Assembly (NCBI GenBank): GCA_964057225.1
Contig: OZ059898.1
Location: 9,424,001 to 9,488,000 of the forward strand
Source: Auanema rhodensis
Taxonomy: Eukaryota > Animalia > Nematoda
DNA: 64,000 nucleotides
Direction of reading: 5' to 3'
Shown: positions 58,884 through 64,000 of the stretch, piece by piece
How positions within the stretch are numbered: the stretch's first letter is position 1
How the letters are laid out: each line of letters opens with the position of its first letter
Notes under the pieces: model-generated
Database searches by the model: none
What the model was told of the DNA's origin: nothing
What the model saw: only the letters and a program-made list of their open reading frames with translations
Position numbers and translations under genes: made by a program

Positions 58884-61800
58884 TTGAGAGAAGAAGGTGA
58901 TTCCTCTTCTTCTTCTCACTCTTCTTCTCTAACAATTAGAACGAGAAGTAAAAGCAGAAAGGCCATCACTGAGGAAACACCTCGGGCACCTACTACAGTA
59001 CGAAATAGATCACCAAGTCGGTGGGCCGCTGCTATAACTAAAGCTTTTGAAAGAAAAATGACTCCTACCTCTCCATCTCCTAATTCTAATGTTGCTCCAC
59101 CCTCTAGAAATATGGCAACTATTTTGAATTGCCATCTCTGTCCCAGGTATGACGGCTCTCGTAGCTTTCGTTCTTTTGTTGAATCTTTAAATAGATTTTT
59201 TAATGTTATGAATCTAAGTTTACCTGAGAGACTATTAATTTTACCTCTTCTTTTGGAATCAAATGAAACAGCTCTCTCCTTGTATAATAGTATTCCTAGT
59301 GGCATAAGAACTAATGGCCCATGGATTGTTTTGATGGATCAGCTCACTGAGCTTTTAGCGCCTAAAACAGATAAAAATTTCACCATAGCGCTTATTCATC
59401 GAGTACAACAAGGAGATAAATCTGTTTTTGATTTTAGTATGGAATTAGAGAGAATGGCAAGCACCATAATGTCACCAATGGATCCCGAGCGGAAACCAAT
59501 GTTGAAAACGGCATTTTTAAATGGTTTAAAAGAGGAACTGGGTATTGCGGTTTTAACTAAAAACCCCGCCACTTATGAACAAGCTAAGAAATTAGCTAGG
59601 TTTGAAGAAGGCGTTCGAAATAGCTTCATGAAAAGAAATGAAGACACTAGCACCTTGAAGGAGCTCATAAATGCTTTACAGCATAAATTAAGCTTTAGTG
59701 AAGAAAGAGAAAGAAGTAGGAATAATAATAATAATAAAAATTATAAAAATTATAAAAATTATAAAAAAAATAATAACTGGACTCAGCACAATAATGGCTC
59801 TAAGGATTATGAGCGAGAGAGAGAGCGACCTTCTGCCGTACGTTATAATAATAATAACTCGCAGAACGGGAATATGAATAGGCGTCCTAACCCGGGAAAC
59901 CGCCCATTTGCGAATGGCAGAAATGCCAATAGCTCGTCTTGGAACCCTAGGCCTAGTTCCCCAAGAAGACAAAGACCATCAGCCAATGGGAATGGTAACT
60001 CAAGGGTATACAGCGTAGCGACCCCATTCATGCCACCGGTCACGTTGTGCCTGACTTTATTGGCACTCTCATGCCTTCCCTTTGGGTCGGCAAAATATCA
60101 GATTTGCGCTCAATCTGAAGGGGGTATATTAGTAACACCTCCTGTGGTCACAGGCTGCCATAAGGCAGAAATTGAAAAGGCTCACAGTGTTGAGGTAGAA
60201 ATATATCTACCAAAGGCTGAGATAGAGTCATGGGAAGCATGGAAATGCTATGTGAAAAAGTATAAAAGCTGTGTGAGAGATTTCATGTTTTTGAGAGATC
60301 GTAACACCACATTCTCTCATATTGAAACAGTAGATAAGAAAGATTGTGTTCGAGCACATAGAAATCGTATGTGGAATGATAAAATCATGAATGCCCAACA
60401 GCATTCAGTTTTTTAAACACCATTAAACGAGCATAATCCAACTCGCTCTTGGTCCACTGAAGAATGTGTAGAAATCGAACAATTTGTATTGAAGCGAGGG
60501 ATAATAACTAGATTGAAAGAAGATCACATTGTATCAGACTTATTTATAAATACTGATAATTGTAAAGGAAATGAAGGGTTTTGTGCAACTGGTGAAGGTG
60601 CAGTTATCTGGCAACCACCTATCCCATCAGTTGTCTGTCACTATCAAAAACTTGGCCCCTTCTCCGCCATGTTGGGTGATCATATTCTTCTAGTTCACTC
60701 TATTGAAAGCGCTTTTGTTCTCCAAAATCATTCCACATCCGCTCACGTTCAATCTTGTTTCGAATTCGCTGTTTTTGAATCATCTTCTGAGGCAATTATC
60801 CGATTCACAGCATATCCCCGTGTTTATAATTTGCTTGATCTTTCCAATACTTTGCTTAATGCTGATAGACGCAGAAATAAACGTAATGCATTACCTCAAA
60901 AACATCGCTCTTTCAGTGATGATTATCTTTTTGTTAATGCGAAATCCCAACCATATGCGTTTCCATTTCTAAGACCTACTTTCATTTTTGGATCTGCATC
61001 TATCACTCAGTTTTACGCAAAATATATGAGATATGCAGCTACATCATCGTATGAGAGTTTGCTCCAATTCGCGATAGATAATCCACTGTTCATTGACACA
61101 ATTGTTAGTTTAGGATTGACAAAAGATCACATAACTAACTAGGCAAAGTCTAATAATTTCAAAGATCCCAATCTTTTGATTTTACAATGTATAGGTATAG
61201 AGGAAATTAAACTGGCTACTAGACAGGTGATTAATAGCATGAAATTGGATGATCTTATCACTCAAGTAGCTCGTCGTATAGAAGTTCCTCGGTTAAAAAG
61301 ATCGTTGATGAAATCTACAACATCCATAGAAGACTTCTTTCGAGGAATGGCTCACGCAGTAGTATATCAAGCCACAATTCTTGATGGTACACAAACAGTT
61401 CCATCAATCGAACAGTTGGCCAGAGCCTTATATCCATCTATATTACCACGCAGTGGAAATATGAATCAATCTGAAATTATTGCAACTGCTCAAGGCATGT
61501 TATTCATGATCCAACAACAATCGGGAAAAGAACAAATATCTCGCGACATGCAAGTCAGTCGACAACAAAAAGCTGATGCTACTGTTAGAAACAACCAAGA
61601 GCAAGATTTAGCAATTATATCCAAGCTGCCTGACTATCACAACCTTTATACAAAGAATAGTACAGCATATTATGGATTTCCTCCACAGTCCATCGAATAC
61701 CCACAGGAAAATCCTAAATTCAATAAAACAGAAGTTTTAGAATTCATAAGTTGGGTTAAAACTCAAATCACAACTGATAAAAATATGGTACAGCATACTA

Positions 61801-64000
61801 CTGTAACCCCAATAACTTCCACCAAAACTACAATTCGTAGTTTAACAACTCCTACCCCTAATGCGTACGAGAGAGGTCGAGAGTTGTATGTAGCAGAAGT
61901 ATATGACAATGTTCTCCACAAATCAGAGCATAAAACTAAAACGATAATAGATAATAAGTTGAATTATGGGTTTGAGAAAGCGCGTCTCTCCATAATTGAT
62001 GAATTTCATCAACAGTTTCATACCATCTGTAAATCTCAAATGGAAACTGTAAAAAGCTGGCAAGCTATATTACGTATACATCCTACAATAGGAGTAAGAG
62101 CTATGCTTCAGCGGAATGATATCGTTGCCCGATTTGTTGGAAGAAATGTTTTAAAAATAACAACTTGTCAGGAAATAGAACCACATTTCATTTATCGTAA
62201 TCATTCTTACAATGATAAATGTTATGCAGAGACCCCTGTTTTAACACACGATAAACAATTATTCTTTGCTCCTATCGATAGCTACGATTCGAGCACTGAA
62301 GGACATGAGATCAATTGTGAACACAAAGAGACAAAGATTTGGTATGAAAATGGAACATGGAGAGATTATAAAGGTGACACACATAAAGTAGATAGTATTC
62401 ATTCAGAAAAACATGATCATTATGCTGAATTGAGTAAACTTCGATTCACAGGGCGGAATTTGTTTGAAAATTCGACTGAAAAATCCTTAGCCCTATCTAT
62501 TGGATTAACTTATGGTTATAGTTTATCTACTTCACCTCACCATGATCTTCTCCGCGTAATTTCTCGTTTACGTGATTGGCCTCAAATTTCCTCTTTCATC
62601 TTCAAAGGAAGTAAACTTATAAGAGATGCCAGGAAAATTGTTTTCTCCAATTGGGATCTGTTCATTGACTTTTGTATAGGTTCAATTGAACGAACACTCA
62701 TTACCATCGGTTGTATAACTCTGATATTATGTCTAATGATAGCATTATATTTCACTATAAAATGTTATCTCTCCCCTACTTCTATGTTAAAAATAAACCA
62801 TATCATGTTGAGCCCAACAGCTCCACCACTTGAGGGAGATGAGATTCATGAAACAGTTAGTGATGAATTGATGCGAAGCTATTTTCCCACCATCATAACT
62901 TACATTCCTTTAGCCATACCTTTTGTATGTCACACAACAACAAAGAAAAATGGACACATGTTACCGTTTGTTTATATTGACATTGAAGGTAGAGGACTGT
63001 TAGCATTATGGGATTCTGGAGCTACGGTCTCATATATTCCGTTCTCCACATTGGCATATATTGGAAGACAATATTTTACAAAATATTCTAAATCTGCATC
63101 CACTGCAAATGGATCAGAGTTTCGCTTTGTGGGAAAATGCAAGTTAGATGTGGGTATAGCAGGTTACCAAGTGGAACACGAATTTTTAATATCTGAAGAC
63201 AATGACTGTCCAGGACAAATGTTACTTGGTACTGATTTTATGCGTACGTTGGAAGAAAGAGAGATATTTACTACATTAAAACTATGTAAAGGAAAGTTGA
63301 TTGTTGGTAATATGGAAACACCCTTAGTAAAACCTGGTTGTTTTGCATATAAAACCACAACTAAAACAGTAAATATCATAAGTTTGTCCACAGTAACAGT
63401 TCCACCACACAGTACCTCCCATATATCTTTGCAAACGGGACCAGAATTAGATTTTGATCAATATGCTCTTTTAAAATCTAGCACAGGTCCTATCTCAATT
63501 CCAGATGCCGCCATAGGACCTTTTCCTATTACTATGGTAGTATCAAACAATTCTTCAAAGCCAATTAAAATTAATAAAAATGACCACATTGGTTCAGGAC
63601 TTATAGCATCTAAAGAAATTATGAACGATTATGTTCCACCTGAAGCTGATTGGGAAGATAAGTTACCAACTTTTCCTCAGCATCTTTTGGATGATTTGAA
63701 CTTCAATTCTTGCACTCTGTCCCATAAAATGAAGAAAAATCTGATCACAATCATTAAGGAAAACCAAACGGCATTTTTCAACCATGATCATAATATTGGT
63801 CTCTTTTGCGGACCAGTTGAACATGCCATTCCTATAAGATCTGATATGGATTTTCCAAAAAGTAGATCTTACAGAGTACCATTGGGTAAGCAAGAAGAAG
63901 TAGAACGGCAAGTGAAAGAAATGTTGTCGCAAGGTATAATCGAAAATTCGACGGCTACTTTCACTAGTCCGGTTGTTCTTGTGAAAAAGAAAGATAGACT
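58884..64000 (+). pseudogene. Gag-Env-Pol polyprotein in a single frame, interrupted by TAA (60414) and TAG (61140)
   Basis: Gag: PRYDG, QQGDKSV.DF, FLNGL. Internal signal VTLCLTLLALSCLPFGSA. Furin-like RRNKR and RLKR. gB-like LRIHPT...DIVARFVG...TTC...CY..TPV. TM at about 62700. ALWDSGA at about 63003. RT SPVVLVKKKD. Confidence 0.85.

Larger units (their letters stand above)
57726..64000 (+). mobile_element. Gypsy/Ty3 (Metaviridae) element with gag-env-pol order; continues past the window end
   Basis: Capsid motifs, gB-like env, DSGA protease and RT start, all in one frame. Confidence 0.85.

Noticed and set aside
60414-61142. Programmed readthrough at the two stops in the Gypsy polyprotein
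   Set aside because: Both fall mid-ectodomain rather than at domain boundaries; simple nonsense mutations are more likely, pending other copies.

Overview
AT-rich eukaryotic DNA, almost certainly from a nematode (42-50 nt introns with TTTCAG-type acceptors, a C. elegans-like tRNA-Gly, BEL/Pao elements with phlebovirus-like env). The window is a nest of mobile elements; the only host gene is one tRNA-Gly(GCC). From left to right: (1) the 3' end of an env-bearing BEL/Pao LTR element; (2) the tRNA; (3) a second BEL/Pao element, truncated in integrase and fused to an antisense Gypsy pol fragment; (4) a structurally complete 17.1-kb Maverick/Polinton (copy A, 9354-26477) with AGTAGAGAGCC termini and a perfect 6-bp TSD (CGCGTT); (5) a patchwork of Maverick TIR, mariner and integrase fragments; (6) an inverted, near-complete sister Maverick (copy B, about 29045-44458) with one nonsense codon in pPolB; (7) more scrambled and duplicated fragments plus a Tc3-like fragment; (8) a decayed third Maverick (copy C); (9) a phlebovirus-like env fragment; (10) a Gypsy element with gag, a gB-like env and pol in one reading frame. 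Comparing copies A, B and C by eye reveals structure the ORF track misses: a 14-exon pPolB gene (about 1370 aa, with a conserved GC-AG intron), a spliced terminal gene for a D-box/CDK-site/zinc-binding protein, an overprinted membrane-protein ORF that is better conserved than the zinc-finger frame it overlaps, a conserved 56-aa membrane peptide, recurring QxGxG candidate maturation sites, and arrays of a palindromic subterminal motif. All homology calls come from motif recognition, not database searches.
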